Under the pieces are notes generated by a model. It worked only from the letters and a program-made list of their open reading frames with translations. It was not told the DNA's origin and made no database searches. DNA of 64,000 bases from the NCBI GenBank assembly GCA_000002445.1, contig CP000071.1:1632001-1696000 (forward strand). The letters are read 5' to 3'. The position numbers and the translations under genes are program-made. This document shows positions 1 to 10,936 of the stretch, piece by piece (within the stretch, counting starts at the first letter, position 1; every line of letters begins with the position of its first letter). Source of the DNA: Trypanosoma brucei. Taxonomy: Eukaryota.

Positions 1-795
1 TCGTTTGTTTTATTAGTTGTTTTTCCGATACATTTTTGCAGACGTTTACGTGGCGGCTGTACCCACAAAGGAGGAAAGAGGTCGTTGTGGTTTCACATGT
101 GATCGCGCCTGGGTGGGTGCCAGTGTCAGCATTTGCGTCTTTCACCAGTTTCCCTCCATTCACATACAAACGTAAACAAAAGCACAGACACACATTCACC
201 GCGAATAATCCACTATTCATGCATGATGTCCGGGAGAACTTATCTCCAGGTCAATCTCACAGTGTGATTGTGGAGCCCACGTCTGAACCAAGGCCTGCAA
301 GGGAGACCATTATTGTTGTAGCCCCACATCGACGGTTATAAGGTCGTCTAAGGAAAGGCAGGTTACGTATTGTTGTGGGAACGATTGTCCCCATATATCT
401 CTGGCTCATTCGTTCCTCCGGCGCCGATTACCGTGGAAATGTTCGTCAACGAAGGAGTGTCAAATGCTGTTTGTGTTGATGGTATGTGCTCGTGGTGCTG
501 ATATGTTGTTAGGGGAAGGTGCGCGCGATTATGTTACTACACGACATTTCATTTTATAACCGTGGTTGTACTCCGCTTTGTTGTTGCGGTCTGCAGTGAC
601 TACATATCGGTTGCTGCATACGCTTTGAGGCGTGTGAGCGAACACATTACGTGGCAGAGGCTCCAAAGAGAAAGAGATAGATGGCGGTTGAGGCTGCCAC
701 GCGCCGTGCGTATGCATCCGTTGTGCAGCCTCTTTTGTTTGTTTGGGTGGTAGTTTCTGGTGACGACTAGTAACATTTTTTCTTCAAATTCGATT

Positions 796-826
796 CCTCA
801 TTATTATTATTATCATTATTATTTTT
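796..826. repeat. (ATT)n-rich low-complexity tract followed by poly-T
   Basis: 'cattattattattatcattattatttttttt' read directly. Confidence 0.8.
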
Positions 827-1125
827 TTTAGGCCTGTGCTACTGCCGGCTAACACCAGCGCCTCTTCATCTTCCGCCGATTATTATGCCTCACGAAGACA
901 GTGACATTCCTATTCATGTCCGGTGCAATTTTTTTAAAAATGTTTTTTTTTCATTAATTTTTGAACTTGGGGCACACTTTTTCCACCCGTTTCGGGGTTC
1001 TTTCTGGTGGCGCCCTGCATATACATTTTCTTGGTTGTATAGAAACTAGCGTCTTCTCTTTCTTCTTTTTGCTGTGGCGGATGTTGTGAACGAAACCAAA
1101 ACATATGTGGTGAAAAGGGAGGGGC

Positions 1126-1680
1126 ATGCCGCATATTACTACGCCCTTTTTCGTGACATTGCGCAGTGGTGAGCGCCTCCGACTGAACTCGGGAGATGAC
1201 GGTCGGCTCCCACGTTTTCTCGCCGCTGTGAAAACGCTCGTGTTCACGCGACAGTTGCCTTCCAACGCGACTACTGCTGTTGGTGCAACCCCAACCACTG
1301 CGACTGTATCGGTCATTGCCCATAGCAACGGAGGCGAAGGACATTCCGACTCCTCCAGTTTTACCATCTTCAGCCACACCTTCGACGTGGTTATTGGCGT
1401 AAACTCTGGGAATGGGAAAAAGAGACCGAGGGAAGAGGAACCGAAGGGAGAGAGGGCAGGTGCCGCCTCCCACTCCGTCTCCACAACTGACACTTTTTCC
1501 GTCCGACTGCGCTCACCCGTTTGGCTGACGTCTGGGGACCTGGTTAACGAGTTGGAGGTGAAGAGCATGTTTGGTAAAGGTGCGGATGATGGTGGGATTT
1601 GTGCCGTGACACTCTGCGGTACACAACAGACGATTCTATCAAAACAACAAGTGTCGCTTTTGCGGTCTACCACCGAATGA
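1126..1680 (+). CDS. Hypothetical protein (184 aa); low-confidence ORF
   Basis: Only + strand ORF of appreciable size in this interval, co-oriented with the rest of the cluster. No recognisable motif, and a 239-aa ORF overlaps on the - strand (954..1673), so the strand cannot be settled from sequence. Confidence 0.25.
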   Translation: MPHITTPFFVTLRSGERLRLNSGDDGRLPRFLAAVKTLVFTRQLPSNATTAVGATPTTATVSVIAHSNGGEGHSDSSSFTIFSHTFDVVIGVNSGNGKKRPREEEPKGERAGAASHSVSTTDTFSVRLRSPVWLTSGDLVNELEVKSMFGKGADDGGICAVTLCGTQQTILSKQQVSLLRSTTE

Positions 1681-2068
1681 TGAACGACAACGAACTAAAG
1701 AAAAAAAACTTCTACTGCGTGTAACTAGCAATATCTATTGCGCATATTGCTGGCAAGGGAGAAGCAGTGAAAGCATCTAATGCCTCATACCTCGAGAAGA
1801 ACATAAACCTCAGGTTGAACTTTTGCATTGTTATTGTCATCGACTTTATTTATGGTCTTTGCTCTTCCTCATTTGATCAACATCTTCGTATTTTTGGCTG
1901 CCCCACCCGCTTGTCCGCCGTGCATCAGAAGTACAAGCACCTTGACGTGTAAAAAAAGGAAGTGCACATATACCAGCGGAAAGTTAAACATTTGGTGCGC
2001 TTGATTCGAACGATACCGGATCGCAAAGACCGACTAGGAGTGCGAGTCCTTTTACGTATAGAGACCGT

Positions 2069-3259
2069 GTGATGATAGATGATGTGGTAACCGATGATGA
2101 TTTCTTACGTCCTGATGCTGTGCTAATGGAGAATTTGCACAAGGCACAACCATGGAAGTCGGCACCGCGGTACTTCCGCAGTGTGCGAGTGTCAGTGCTT
2201 GCCGTGTTGCAAATGCTGAGCCACTCCGATCGAGGGAGGCCAAATGTGGTCCTCTCCGATGGCCAAGCAATTCTCTCGTCACCACAAACTACGACGGATA
2301 CCCAGCGGCGTGAGAATTGGTTTGAGGTGATGGGACTACTCCTTGGCCATTTCCGGGAAAATGAGTTAATCGTGACCTCCACCTTCGCCCTTCCTGTCGA
2401 TGCGTCAGAGGTGGAGTGCTCAATGAACGAAGCCTCGCAGATGTATATGTTGGAATATCTTCAGTACCACCAGCGTACGGGTTTCGGTGTAAAGTGTGGG
2501 TGGAACGCGGAGGAGGAAAAGGAAGTAGACGAGGAAATTGAAGAAGCGGAGTGTTGTGTTGGGTGGTACCACAGTCACCCCGGTTATACGTGCTTCCTTT
2601 CAGGCACCGATGTCGCGACGCAGAGGGTAGGGCAAGCAGCACAGGACCCCTGGTTGGCCATTGTTGTTGACCCCGTGCGAACGATTTCTACAGGAAGGGT
2701 GGACATGCGTGCATTCCGCACTTTTCCGGAGGGAGCTGTCGGGGACGGCACGGAGTCAACCTCAGCGGATTCAACCGGCATTGGGGCCGCACCCAGACAA
2801 TGTGGATTCCACGATCCGCTTGTAAGGGAATATGGAGCACATGGACACTGTTATTACGAACTTCCCATCACACTTGTGCGCAGCACGAACGACGAAAAAC
2901 TTTTGGAGCATATGTTGTCGCGCGACTGGGCAGCGCCCCTACGTGGAAGTCCCTCCTTAGGAAAGCGACACGATGCAGTTCAGCAAATTCAGCAAATAAC
3001 CGCCTTGCTGGAGGGCGTTTCTCCGAGTCATGAAGGGAAGGATGGCAGCGGAAGCAGGACACGTGAGTTGCATCGGCAGCAGAATAACCGGGAAGGTGGC
3101 CGCCGTGGTGCCACTGCAGTGACTGATGCCTCAGTTACGGATGTGGAGCAGTTGTGTCGACTGGCAGAAACATTGGCATTGGAGGCAAAATTAGGGGCCG
3201 TTGTGCAAGGGACGAAAAGGACGCTTTTTGCGCCCCAATACGGTGTCGATCCACTTTGA
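2069..3259 (+). CDS. CSN5: COP9 signalosome subunit 5 (CSN5/JAB1)-like MPN+/JAMM metalloprotease
   Basis: JAMM motif 'GWYHSHPGYTCFLSGTDVATQ' (H-x-H-x7-S-x2-D) with an upstream conserved Glu ('EVMGLLLG'). Flanking blocks resemble CSN5 rather than Rpn11 or BRCC36: 'IVVDPVRTISTGRVDMRAFRTFPEG', 'CYYELPITLVRSTNDEKLLEHM'. An acidic insertion (EEEKEVDEEIEEAE) lies just before the JAMM motif. Confidence 0.7.
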   Translation: MMIDDVVTDDDFLRPDAVLMENLHKAQPWKSAPRYFRSVRVSVLAVLQMLSHSDRGRPNVVLSDGQAILSSPQTTTDTQRRENWFEVMGLLLGHFRENELIVTSTFALPVDASEVECSMNEASQMYMLEYLQYHQRTGFGVKCGWNAEEEKEVDEEIEEAECCVGWYHSHPGYTCFLSGTDVATQRVGQAAQDPWLAIVVDPVRTISTGRVDMRAFRTFPEGAVGDGTESTSADSTGIGAAPRQCGFHDPLVREYGAHGHCYYELPITLVRSTNDEKLLEHMLSRDWAAPLRGSPSLGKRHDAVQQIQQITALLEGVSPSHEGKDGSGSRTRELHRQQNNREGGRRGATAVTDASVTDVEQLCRLAETLALEAKLGAVVQGTKRTLFAPQYGVDPL

Positions 3260-3646
3260 AGGCAACTCAATGAGGCGGTTTAGTCCAGTAGTTACGTTTT
3301 ATTACTGCTGTGGTGTTATTATTTTGCATCACGATACGTTTTGATTCCTGTATCGAAGATAAAAAAAGTTTCTTCCCCATTACCATCTCGGTTTTTGATC
3401 CACCCACATTATAGTCGCTGTCGCTGTTTCTATCTTTGCATCTTTCATTTACTTTCTCCCAAACATCTACGTCAAACCAAAGAAACTTTGTGTCGGCGCG
3501 GTTAAACAAGAAAAAAGGAGTGACCGCATTGATTGGTTTTGGTTGCCGAGCAAGTCGGGTGTCGTGTACGCACCATTCGAGAAAGGGTGGTAGTGAGGGC
3601 GCAGAGCGATCCTTCGAGGGGTGTCGACGTGCATATTAAGGAATAA

Positions 3647-4465
3647 ATGATGCGCTTCTTCGTATGGATAAGATGCCTGGGGCTGCCCTCCAGGCAATCG
3701 ATTTACCGCAGCGGCTGCGCACACGCGAGTACATCGGCAATAGCAGAGATGACAGCGAATGGGGTCGCTAATAGTCCCGTGATGCCGTACAAGTCTACAC
3801 ATAAAGGAAAAGGTGTTGGTGATCCCAACCGCAAAGGCTCATCGGTTGTTGGTGCGCCAAGCGGTGGTACCGATCAATGCCAGCAGAATCTCGCAGGCTC
3901 ACGTTCATCCTGTGCTGAAGATGGCAAAGCAGCTCCAAGTAGGCCCCTCTCACCCCTGCAGCGACGGCAACTCATGATGAGGCACAAAGCCGCTTTCACA
4001 CTTACCCCACAGGCGATTCGCCGCGTCAGATATTTACTGTCGCAGTATCAACAAAACAACGAGGGGGAGGGACCCATCCCGGATGGTATTCGCGTTAGCG
4101 TTCGTCGCCGTGGTTGTAGTGGTTACAGTTATACAGTTAACTATAACTATCCAAGCAAAGGTGACGAAACTGGCGCACCCGTGAATTGTAACAGCCAAAA
4201 TAAAAATAAAGACGAGGGGGGATCCTCCGAGGTGAGTTTTATGAGTGCCGTGGGCGGTATGGCGCCAGGCGGTGATGTGGTGGTCGTGCAAAATGGCATC
4301 AAGGTTGTTGTGGATAGCAATGCGCTTTTCTATGTTATCGGGACCGAGATGGACTATGTTGTGCGGAACGTGGAGGAGAAGTTCACATTTAGGAACCCCA
4401 ACCAAAAATATTCATGCGGGTGTGAAGAAAGTTTCATGCCCTTTGACGCTGACGAGCAGCTTTGA
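3647..4465 (+). CDS. ISA2: IscA/HesB-family iron-sulfur cluster assembly protein (Isa-like, probably mitochondrial)
   Basis: The three conserved Cys of the IscA fold are present: 'RRRGCSGYSY' and C-terminal 'YSCGCEESF' (the C-G-C-x-x-S-F signature). Typical 'ITPQAIRRVRYLL' helix. Long N-terminal extension with a basic, presequence-like start. Isa2 rather than Isa1 is a guess based on the long extension. Confidence 0.7.
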   Translation: MMRFFVWIRCLGLPSRQSIYRSGCAHASTSAIAEMTANGVANSPVMPYKSTHKGKGVGDPNRKGSSVVGAPSGGTDQCQQNLAGSRSSCAEDGKAAPSRPLSPLQRRQLMMRHKAAFTLTPQAIRRVRYLLSQYQQNNEGEGPIPDGIRVSVRRRGCSGYSYTVNYNYPSKGDETGAPVNCNSQNKNKDEGGSSEVSFMSAVGGMAPGGDVVVVQNGIKVVVDSNALFYVIGTEMDYVVRNVEEKFTFRNPNQKYSCGCEESFMPFDADEQL

Positions 4466-4479
4466 GCACAGTGTTACGT

Positions 4480-4790
4480 GTTACTTTTCTCACCCTCTCC
4501 TTGTTACCGTGTTTTTGCGTGTTGGCCCGCGGTGTGCTGCCGACTGGTTCTTCCATGATGTGCATTGTTTCTTCTTTTCCTCTGGTTGGTGTATCGTCTT
4601 TCTTTTGCGTCTTTGTACCAATTTTCTCATCTCTCCAGTTGAAGTACAATTGCCACAGTGGCTCCCCCCAATGCTCGATTTTTTTTGTTTTATATATTTA
4701 TTTGTCATTCTTTACTTTTCGCTTCACGCGTCATTGTCAACAGCATACTTTTTTGTTCATTCACGGTCATGCAACCTTCTGGTTGTACAA
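4480..4790 (+). promoter_or_regulatory. Extended pyrimidine-rich intergenic tract (putative 3' UTR / trans-splicing signal) between the Isa-like gene and the next ORF
   Basis: About 300 nt dominated by T/C ('ttttctcaccctctccttgttaccgtgtttttgcg', 'cttcttttcctctggttggtgtatcgtctttcttttgcgtctttgtaccaattttctcatctctcc'). Confidence 0.4.
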
Positions 4791-5125
4791 ATGTGGCGTC
4801 GTGAATAAGTAAATGTGTTACACCTGCGCCCACTTTGGGTGTACGCGACGGGACTGCAGCACCTGTAGACGGATACAGGTGAGGGAAAGAAGAGGCTATG
4901 AAGTGGAAGAGTTGACGTCCAAGTGTGTTTAAAGAAGCCTCCACACGTACGTTTCATATTACTGCCTATCGCTTTTTCTCTCCATGGACCTCGCTGATAC
5001 TCGTGAAGAGAAGAGCGGAATTATTCATTTCCCTAAGTCATTTTTATTCTTTACCCTTCTTCTTTGTTGAGAATATAGTACTACTAGCAGTGTTGAGAGG
5101 GGCCGTTCACCACGTTTGTTGGTGA

Positions 5126-5605
5126 ATGGTCTTCTTTGTGAGAGTCACAGGGAAGGATTTAAGTGGGAATACACAAAATATTAGACTTTTGTTCCCCTCG
5201 AAGCCGACGTTATATGACCTGACGTGTGCTATTGAACGTTACTTCACGACCGCTGCCGAGAAGGAACAAAAAGAGGAACCGAGTCAAGAGACCCCTTACA
5301 TGCTTGAGTTGTTACTATTACTTGATGAATACAGATCAAGGTGGGTAGAGTTATATAGCAGTGGTCAATTAACCACAGACTGCCTGGTACACGCCTTCAG
5401 CAAACAGACTGTAAAGGCTCTGCGTGGAAAGAAAGGTGTGATGTCGAGGTACGGCAGTAGTACCTCTGGAATAGTGACGTCGGCAACTACTGTTACCCCG
5501 TCTAATGCAGCACCCAGTGCTGCCCAGGGGAATTCTGCCAACATCACGCAAGATGTGGGATTGCATAATAGTACGAGTGTTGTTCACTACAACAATGCAA
5601 TGTAG
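5126..5605 (+). CDS. Hypothetical protein (159 aa)
   Basis: Co-oriented ORF preceded by a ~300-bp pyrimidine-rich tract (4480-4790). No recognisable catalytic motif; a possible beta-grasp-like N-terminal segment; Ser/Thr/Ala-rich C-terminus. Confidence 0.35.
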   Translation: MVFFVRVTGKDLSGNTQNIRLLFPSKPTLYDLTCAIERYFTTAAEKEQKEEPSQETPYMLELLLLLDEYRSRWVELYSSGQLTTDCLVHAFSKQTVKALRGKKGVMSRYGSSTSGIVTSATTVTPSNAAPSAAQGNSANITQDVGLHNSTSVVHYNNAM

Positions 5606-6559
5606 CATCGTCAGGGCTTCCGTACTGTAACTTCACGGTGTGTTAATGGACGGCTTCCGGAAGCACATAAACTACATCAATGATGGAAACGGGAGGGCGC
5701 GTGCGCGCGTTTTGAATACGTGGTAAAGGCTGTGAAACGCTGTTGGCGCCTCCTTCGGTTATTAAGAAGGATCATACTGTACTTGCGTGAGATGGGCCGC
5801 CGGCAATTGGCCCAATGCTCGGTGGTGGAGGTTGCGAGAGAAAAAAAATGAATTAGCCCACGAACTGGTGATATTCTGTCGTTAACACTACCCTTACCTC
5901 TGGAATGGAAAGTGTATTTCCAGAGAAGGATAGAACTTCAGCCACTAATTGGCTGCGTGTTTTACCAAAGCTGCGGTACACATTCATGATGTCCTTTTGG
6001 TACAATTTACTTTTTGAAGTTTTTTTTTTAAAGAAAAAAAACATATCTATTTTTTTTTTTACTGGCTACACTTTTGTTATGCACGAAAGAGAGAATTCAC
6101 GGTCCGGACTACTTAGCCTAAAGCAAGAGGAAGTTCTTTTCCCTTATTGGGCAAGTTAACACGGAGTTCCCTATTTTTGTGTGTGCGTCGGTGCCTGTGT
6201 GGGACCGGTGTTCGCAACCCACAGCGTGTTTGTAGCTTTTGATGGTCCCCGGGACTCAGTTATTCTCACGTTTTGTTGAATGGCATTGCCTTCGTCTGAG
6301 TTTTCGCCTTGTATATTAGTATTGTTTTCTCTGCAACCATCGCCATCGCGCAAGTTTTTTTTTTGTTGTTGTTGTGCGGGGGTAGTCGTGCTTTCTGTGT
6401 GTGTCTTTACTGACACTGCCGCTCAAATGTTTGCTTAATGTTCATGTACAATATCCCCGTGCACACACCCGTAAACGAAGGCGTACGGTGCGATACACAC
6501 ATTATGTTTTGAAGTTCCGTCGAAATTTCCAATTTTGACCTACTTGCCCGCTGCGATGC

Positions 6560-8353
6560 ATGCGCCACTTAATTTCTGCGTTTGCCCTCCTTGCTTATCA
6601 CTGTAATGTTGTGGCCACTCACTTACCAAAGGAATCAGAAGTACGGTGGAAAGGGGTGAATAAACATCGTGTAGAGGTGAAGCGCGCAGAAAAGTGTCGA
6701 ATCAAAAACAATTATATACCTATATATATTATTTTTTCTTTTCGGCATTACATGGCTTTTGCAACCTCCCCAGGACAGAGGCCTCAAAAACAGTACATTA
6801 ACAAGTTTACTGCCTTCTTCTTTCGTGAAGTTGATAGGGGCTTTTCCTCACCTTACGTTGTTTTTTCCACTGGAACTGTCCTCGCACTCGCCGGATGGAA
6901 GTTCTTCAAGCGCCGCGTAGAACCAGAGAGGCAGATAAATGCCGTTTTACGGCAGCCGCGGTCGCGGGTACCGCTTAGTGATGCACATAATGTTTTTTGG
7001 GGTTTCAGAACAAACAGTGGCACCGACAACACCTCCCCTCGTAGTCTTGGAGAGGCAATGTCCGAGGATATGGAAGAGGCATTGAGGCGGCCCAGGCTTC
7101 TGCATAGTGAACCGAGTGAATTACAAGATAGTAGGACGGAGAGCAGTGGCGGAACGCAAGCCAATGTAGCTTGCATGGAACTGCAGGAATACGATCCGCA
7201 GTATGGAGATGACGTAGTGTTTCGAAGCGTACATTACATTTACAGCGAGCGTGATGGAAGTACCTCTCAGGTCGACAACAAGACAGAGGAGGTTGTTGAA
7301 AAAGGGGAGGACTCATCTTATTTGTCTCGCATGCCCGGACATGGTTTGTCCGTTATACATGGCATGGTAAAATGCAAGTTTGTTACTGCACAAAACAACT
7401 GTGTGCCTTACGCCGGTCACCTTGAGAGTGAATACGCTCGCAAGATGATGCTTGCACTTGGACCTGTGCATATCTTGCGGGATATTGCACGAACATCGTT
7501 TCCCATCCGGTTCACCACAGTAAAGGAGACTCCGGTCTCCACATTGGTGTGCGGTTTGCACAGCGGGGAGGCACCGCGGTGGCTAAGCAACGCCTTTCCC
7601 AACTTTCAAATCGACGTGGTGGAGCGCGACGGCGCACTCGTACGCGTTTGTCGCCGCTTCATGGGCCTACAGGAGTCGAGTAATCTGCGCCTGTTTATTG
7701 CGGATCCGGTAGACTTTCTTCGACGCAATGCCCTCGTAGATGTCTCTTCTGGGAAGAGGTACGATCTCATTATGATTGACACCCTTGATGGCGCAGGGCG
7801 ACTAAGCACGCAATACGGACGACTCGAGTTCATCAATAGCGTGCGTAACAGTCTCTCGCCTGCCGGGTGCGTTGTCGCCGCCCTCCCAAACCGTGATGCG
7901 GCGTTTCTTTATCACATGGTACAAAACTGGCGTCTCGCTTTCGCCGGACGCACTGTGCTCCTTGTGCATTGCGTGACGTCACCGCACACAATGCTGATTA
8001 CATTTCAAGATGATGCGGAACGTGGTCGAGCGAATTTTGGGAGTGTGGGTGGCGTTGATGAGTTTAAAGACCTCCTGCGCACGAAGATATCGCATTACGG
8101 TGTGAAGCGGATTCCTTTCGATCTCCCCGCGGAGGTGTCACGCGATAACTTCCGTGTGCTGCACCCCGGTAAGACGTACCAGATGGATGCGTATCTTCCT
8201 AGTGGACACCCACAACTTCGAAGTATCGCGGAAGGTAATTTTGTTTTTGGCGGAGCGTCAAATGGAGGTTCGTGGACTGAGTGGCTTCGGCGGTTGGGCG
8301 GTTCCTGGCTGACACCGACGCAGCGCACTGATTTGAAGTGGATGGAAAAGTGA
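6560..8353 (+). CDS. Putative class I SAM-dependent methyltransferase / spermidine-synthase-fold protein
   Basis: Core resembles the aminopropyltransferase/MTase Rossmann fold: 'QIDVVERDGALVRVCRRFMGL', 'LRLFIADPVDFL', 'YDLIMIDTLDGAG...EFINSVRNSLSPAGCVV'. The canonical GGGDGG loop is not obvious. The ORF-track start probably over-extends through an AT-rich leader; a more likely start is the in-frame ATG at 6752 ('MAFATSPGQRP'). Confidence 0.45.
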   Translation: MRHLISAFALLAYHCNVVATHLPKESEVRWKGVNKHRVEVKRAEKCRIKNNYIPIYIIFSFRHYMAFATSPGQRPQKQYINKFTAFFFREVDRGFSSPYVVFSTGTVLALAGWKFFKRRVEPERQINAVLRQPRSRVPLSDAHNVFWGFRTNSGTDNTSPRSLGEAMSEDMEEALRRPRLLHSEPSELQDSRTESSGGTQANVACMELQEYDPQYGDDVVFRSVHYIYSERDGSTSQVDNKTEEVVEKGEDSSYLSRMPGHGLSVIHGMVKCKFVTAQNNCVPYAGHLESEYARKMMLALGPVHILRDIARTSFPIRFTTVKETPVSTLVCGLHSGEAPRWLSNAFPNFQIDVVERDGALVRVCRRFMGLQESSNLRLFIADPVDFLRRNALVDVSSGKRYDLIMIDTLDGAGRLSTQYGRLEFINSVRNSLSPAGCVVAALPNRDAAFLYHMVQNWRLAFAGRTVLLVHCVTSPHTMLITFQDDAERGRANFGSVGGVDEFKDLLRTKISHYGVKRIPFDLPAEVSRDNFRVLHPGKTYQMDAYLPSGHPQLRSIAEGNFVFGGASNGGSWTEWLRRLGGSWLTPTQRTDLKWMEK

Positions 8354-8986
8354 CCAGCTTGTTGTTACCCATCAGGTGTTCATTGCTTATTTTGGATCGC
8401 TTTGTCGCTCGTGGAAAAACAGTGATAACACATGGGGAATGGTGTTTTGTTTTTGTACGGAGAAAAGGTCTCTTTAGCGTCGCACGTTTTTTTTTTTCCG
8501 TGACGGTGAATGTGCGCCGAGTGTGGACGACATCGATGAGCCTCGCTGAGCCGCCGTCGTCACGGTCGTAGTAAATGGGGCAATGATTTTGTACCCTGCC
8601 TGTGCACGTTCTTTATCGATCCCTTTGGCACTCTGTCATCACTTCTTTTTCGTCAACCTTAACATTTACGGTGTTTGGATTCTATGTTTGTTGGTGTTAC
8701 CTAGTTTTGCATTGAGGGCCACGTTGTGTCGAAAACGGCAGCCCGAAACCTGGGACTAGAAGTTTGAGGGGCACGAGTGCCCTAATTATTCCTCACTCGG
8801 TGGAGAAAAGCAACGGGGACACGGGGATTTTAGACAAAAAAACAAAGGCAGAAGGAAAAGAATAAGTAACAAAGGTAAAACAAAACAGCGGAGAACGAAT
8901 TTGAAAAATACGCTTAATACAAGCAGAAGGGAGCACTGCACATATTTTAACGTAGGTGACTCAAGGAGCGGCACTGACAACCGAAG

Positions 8987-10936
8987 ATGATCGCCGACGC
9001 GGTGCCTGCTGTCACTCAGGTTGTCTTCGCTATATGCTTCTGCACCGGCGTTAGTACGTTTATTCCGAATTTAGTCGAAACTGCAAAGGATATGAGCGTT
9101 TTTGTATCCCATTTGCTGATCCCATCACTCACCTTTTACAACATCGCAACCCCCCTTAGTGTCGAACTTCTGAAGAAATGCTCCGTTTTGATCCTTTTCG
9201 CCGCTCTTATCGTGGTTCTTGGCGTGCTTATCGCGCAACTTGCCTCGTTCTTTCTCTTCAGGGTGAAAAATACCGGCATTCCACGCGATTTACAGCGTTC
9301 GGTACATTTTAAACTTTTGCGTCGGCGTGGAAGGCGAGAGAGCGATGACGGGGTTTCGGGGAAGTCGACGCACATCCTCAATATTGTTGTCAACGGAGAG
9401 AGGGAAGAGCTGCCTATTGAACCGCGGGATGTCCTTGAGCGCTTGGAGCCTCCGGAGGAAGAGTACGAAAATGAACCATTTTACTGTTGTGCTATGACGC
9501 TAGCACTTTGTGTGCAGAATGCCGTGACTATTCCACTGTCTCTTCTGCAGGCGCTCGCCGAGACGCTACCGTGGATTGATTTGGAAGCTGGAACGGCGTA
9601 TATATTCATGTACAGCATAGTTACCATTTGTGTCGTATGGGGGGTGGGGCCGGTGCTTGTCAGGAGAGCAAAGAAGACGACAGACAAGCGTCGCATAATT
9701 CGTGAGCTTATGGAACAACAACGTAGACTGCAGAACTGTCATGAGGCGACCACACAGACGGAAGTGTCCTGCACTACTTCCCGCTTAGCTTCACCTACGT
9801 TTCCTATGCTCAGCGACCCACCAGCAAATGTCGACGGGTCGAGTGGGGAGGCTAGGGCGGGAGGACCCGTTCACAGGTCAGGCGTGGCGCCAGAAAGCTC
9901 CACTAGTGATCGTGGTGCTGCGCGTTACTCAATAGGTGAAGTAAACCAGTCACATGATGCTGCAAGGTGCCCAATTGTCCTTCTTACCACGACACCAAGC
10001 ACTTGCCAAATATTCGGGTGTGACTTAGTGGAAACGGGTCAAATACGTGTCATTTCTCGCAGTCAATTCGCTCGCGAGGAAGCAGAAGCAAACGCTGGTG
10101 TCAGTTGCCTTGGCAGTAGTATGGCATGGCTCAAAAGGACGGTTGTTCAGCTGCTAAGAACACCTTCCTTTACCTCCGTAATTCTAGGCGTTTTTGTTGG
10201 CATTATTTCGCCGTTAAAGGGTTTGTTTGTTGGGGGAAATTTGTCTCCAGTTATGGATATTTTGAGCGCCCTGGCAAAGGGTTCGATTCCGTGTTCCCTG
10301 TTCTTATTGGCAGCAAATTTTATGAACCCCAAAGCAACGGTGCCAGCCCCGAAGCCGGTGCGGATGCGGGACGCCGAGCAGAACACTGATTTTCCGTTGG
10401 ATGACATTACAGTCAACCGTTCCTTTGCGGAGACCTACTACAGGGAACGCCAAGATATTACGTTTGACATTCACGCTTCCTTCACACCGGCCCATCTGTC
10501 CCAACCAGGTACCGGTTCCGCTGCGGGTGGTAGGGCTGATTTTGCGCCTTTTGCCACCTCTACTCCAGCCACTGATCCTCGAAAGGGTTTTTTAACCACG
10601 CTTTACGATATGTTTTCATTGAACGGTATAAACAAAAATTTTATGTTCGGCGTCATTGTCCTTCGTTTAATCGTGATGCCTGCTGTTGGGTACGGACTTG
10701 TGCTGGCAGTATTGTACATTTCACCCTCTATGCTCGGCGGTGGCAGCTCACAAAACGTCTTACTCCTTGTTTTACTGGGGCAGCTTGCCTCTCCGTCGGC
10801 GATAAACTGCAACATTCTTTTTGTCGCGGAGCGATATATGCCGCACGTTTGGGCGAAGATGCTTTTCTTCCAGTACGTGTGCTGCATTGTGACGCTGACG
10901 GGGTGGTACGGGTTGTCAATTTATATAGTTAGATGA
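8987..10936 (+). CDS. Polytopic membrane transporter, auxin-efflux-carrier (Mem_trans) family-like
   Basis: Hydrophobic N-terminal block ('VVFAICFCTGVSTFIPNLV...LLIPSLTFYNIA') and C-terminal block ('FMFGVIVLRLIVMPAVGYGLVLAV', 'LLLVLLGQLASPSAINCNILFV'), separated by a large hydrophilic central loop. This is the architecture of the PIN/auxin-efflux-carrier family seen in kinetoplastid 'transporter, putative' genes. Confidence 0.5.
   Translation: MIADAVPAVTQVVFAICFCTGVSTFIPNLVETAKDMSVFVSHLLIPSLTFYNIATPLSVELLKKCSVLILFAALIVVLGVLIAQLASFFLFRVKNTGIPRDLQRSVHFKLLRRRGRRESDDGVSGKSTHILNIVVNGEREELPIEPRDVLERLEPPEEEYENEPFYCCAMTLALCVQNAVTIPLSLLQALAETLPWIDLEAGTAYIFMYSIVTICVVWGVGPVLVRRAKKTTDKRRIIRELMEQQRRLQNCHEATTQTEVSCTTSRLASPTFPMLSDPPANVDGSSGEARAGGPVHRSGVAPESSTSDRGAARYSIGEVNQSHDAARCPIVLLTTTPSTCQIFGCDLVETGQIRVISRSQFAREEAEANAGVSCLGSSMAWLKRTVVQLLRTPSFTSVILGVFVGIISPLKGLFVGGNLSPVMDILSALAKGSIPCSLFLLAANFMNPKATVPAPKPVRMRDAEQNTDFPLDDITVNRSFAETYYRERQDITFDIHASFTPAHLSQPGTGSAAGGRADFAPFATSTPATDPRKGFLTTLYDMFSLNGINKNFMFGVIVLRLIVMPAVGYGLVLAVLYISPSMLGGGSSQNVLLLVLLGQLASPSAINCNILFVAERYMPHVWAKMLFFQYVCCIVTLTGWYGLSIYIVR

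Noticed and set aside
36-753. Short ORFs at the 5' end of the window (36..341 +, 529..717 -, 562..753 +)
   Set aside because: They are 60-101 aa, low-complexity, mutually overlapping and without motifs. This is most likely 3' UTR or intergenic sequence of an upstream gene outside the window.
954-1673. 239-aa ORF on the - strand overlapping the + strand ORF 1126..1680
   Set aside because: It would be the only - strand gene in a 64-kb unidirectional cluster. Neither strand's product has a recognisable domain, so I kept only the + strand ORF as a low-confidence feature.
10272-10284. tRNA T-loop-like 'GGTTCGATTCCGT' sequence
   Set aside because: It lies inside the well-supported transporter CDS (8987..10936), and the flanks cannot be folded into acceptor, D and anticodon arms. 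It is a chance match to the T-loop consensus.
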